From contig OZ316898.1 in NCBI GenBank assembly GCA_973895155.1, positions 19,789,292 through 19,853,291 of the forward strand: a stretch of 64,000 bases of DNA, read 5' to 3'. Both the position numbers and the translations under genes were made by a program. The DNA comes from Marsupella aquatica. Lineage: Eukaryota; Plantae; Marchantiophyta. The notes below the pieces were generated by a model that was not told the origin of the DNA, ran no database searches, and was given only the letters and a program-made list of their open reading frames with translations. Of this stretch, positions 62,001 through 64,000 are shown in pieces. How positions within the stretch are numbered: position 1 is the stretch's first letter; every line of letters begins with the position of its first letter.

Positions 62001-63798
62001 TTCAACGACATCATAGCTGACAAGACCCGAGTCAACAACCTCTCTCAGCAAACCAGTACTGATAACCTCTGCATCCATCTGCCAAGAGACACAAATTAAA
62101 AACCATGTATAACAAGACCTCCAAGTCGTATATTTCCAGACCCGACATGCCTGTAAGACACAAAACAGAGGCTGCCTATGTTGTAAAGTAGATTACCCAA
62201 ACAAACGTAACTCCTAGGTAGGTTCACAAGAAAAAGCACCAGCCGAGGCACTTCTAATACCAGAGCGAGAGTTTTAACTTACCCCAAGATCAACTAGAGT
62301 GTGAGCAACAGCTAATGCTCGAGTCAAAGGTGTCCGGCCACTATCATCTGGTGAGATTTGCTGGAATGCCATAACTGTAAGCTTCAGAGCTCGAAGAAGA
62401 AGATCGGAACCACTATTTCTTGAGAACTCAGGTGGCAACCTCCCAGCCAGGCCATCCCAGGCTGCAACTAATTCGACCACTCTTCTTCCACCGGGAAGCT
62501 CTGCCAGAGGTCTCAACGCTTGCAACTCACTTCTTCCCCACTCATTCTGCCCACCACTACCAAACCCAACACTGACCGTGGAGGCCTCCTCTGCTACTTC
62601 AACTTCTATTACATCCTCCGAAAAATTTCTCACCACCTCTGTACCAGCAGAGTAGAAATCACTCCTCTCTGACCCGAGTGTCTGGGCCCCCAGTTGAGAT
62701 CCAAAATTAGCCTCATTACTTGTTGCAGGAATGCTATCCGGCCTTCTCTGAATTTGGGGAACATTATTCCTTAGCAAACTTGACTCTAGCAACCTTCGTC
62801 CGTCCTCTTCTGGTGTGGCTGAAACCCTTTGCATAGTTGCTGTAGTATTCTCCCCTCTATATTCTTCTCGTGTACTAATGTCCTCTTTGGAGACCAAACC
62901 CAAGTGCTCCTCCAAGTCAACCACGCCATTCTTCCCCAAAATTTGAACCCTTCTCCGACCTTCACCATGTCGCTGCTTTCTGTTCCTATCTCTGTATTGA
63001 CCCTTTGCATTATCTGCTCCATCCTCGGTACCGGCGAGTCCATTGTCTACGACATCCTGAACACGGTATTGGACTTCGGATACATGCTTTCTTCTCGGCC
63101 CGGCTTTACCACTGGAGTCTTTCAACCCAACACTGACCCCACTTTGTCTACCATGAGAATTCCGTAATCGCACACCTGCTTCTACTCTATCTAAAGAGAA
63201 GGTCTTAATCAAATTCCCTCTGCTGTTTATATTCTTAATGTTGCTTACACTCCTCAAAGTCACGACTACTGACTCAGAGATTCCACCAATTCGCTCTGGC
63301 AGATCAACTCCTCGAAGTAATCTAACCTGCAGAGCGGAGAAGAAAAACAAAAGGTGAATCAGCAGCCATAAGAAGTGCACAATGACTTGCAAATGGAAAG
63401 GCATGATGACACCGACCTAATAATGCGTCCAGAAGCAGACCTATCACTAACGTCACATTACGTTTCACTACTCTCCGAGCTAATTACTTGGAGTCCCTCG
63501 GAATGTTTTGCCAAAAGAAAATCATGTGTCCTGATGATGCATGCACAGTTGGTGTTCCTGTGTTACTTGACGCAGGCTCAGCGAGCTGTTCGGCTCAGGG
63601 GTGAACAGAATTGTCAATTAGTATAATGTTGAGAACACTTTATGGTGGTTTATCAAAGTAGGTTTCCCTTCAGCATTTGTTTTTGCTCCTGCATACCACT
63701 AACAGGTTACTCGGTGGTAAATATCTGCTGGGAGGAGCTGCTCTGAAGGCAGTCCAATCAAAAACTCCGATGAGCCCGTGGCAAGGAGATAAAACCAT
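56021..63798 (-). CDS. CRSH: Ca2+-activated RelA/SpoT homologue (CRSH/RSH4-type ppGpp synthetase) with a C-terminal HAT/TPR repeat domain, ~1430 aa, 13 exons
   Basis: Exons (-): 63798-63697, 63326-62283, 62078-61137, 60775-60479, 60383-59700, 59278-59212, 59056-58878, 58505-58254, 58079-57978, 57348-57238, 56845-56744, 56553-56452, 56329-56021. All GT-AG, phases consistent, 4293 nt. CRSH motifs PGGRRVVELV and MDAEVIS; degenerate HD (LLREVVD); synthetase GRYKS/DVLGLRV/RLKDY/NGYESLH/EIQIRT; EF-hands DKNQDGVISVEE and DLNTDGSVSSEE; then AWAxLExxxGNxxxARxLF repeats. Exon 1 is least certain. Confidence 0.88.
58599..58674. repeat. 38-bp perfect tandem duplication in CRSH intron 7
   Basis: taccataactataaataggatatgttggttcacatctg x2. 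Confidence 0.9.
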
Positions 63799-64000
63799 TT
63801 GATCAACGCTTATTCAATGCCTAGATCGCCGTTTTGTAACGTAGACAACACGCTTGCTACTCTTTTCCAAATACTTTTTTCCAAATTGGCAAAATTTGTT
63901 TGGACAACTTCCACTCGTCTTCAGAATTCGAGAGAGCTCTCAGCTAGACAAACTGTGGATCGTGCATTCTATGCTGAATAACTTCCTTCAACGAACAAGA

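Overview
Eukaryotic nuclear DNA from a land plant, probably a bryophyte or liverwort-type genome (inferred from gene style and the rbcL fragment). There are three intron-containing genes. (1) A filamin-repeat + RRM + RS-rich putative splicing regulator (1614-5830, +). (2) A TRICHOME BIREFRINGENCE-LIKE O-acetyltransferase (43868-47689, +). (3) A 13-exon, ~1430-aa Ca2+-activated RelA/SpoT homologue (CRSH) whose frame continues past the EF-hands into ~9-10 HAT/TPR repeats of HCF107/Mbb1 type (63798-56021, -). Between 14.4 and 34.8 kb lie three full-length Ty1/copia elements, each with its own 5-bp TSD: an older decayed element A, a young intact element B nested in the leader of A, and a sister copy C in inverted orientation. 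In all three, gag and pol are in the same frame but separated by one UGA at the same position, which suggests readthrough or another recoding step. The B/C LTRs carry an 18-bp VNTR with 10, 7, 4 and 6 copies. The window also holds a ~125-bp rbcL fragment, two related fold-back elements and many short tandem duplications. The best candidates for novelty are the CRSH-HAT fusion and the UGA-interrupted copia gag-pol. All gene models and comparisons were made by hand.
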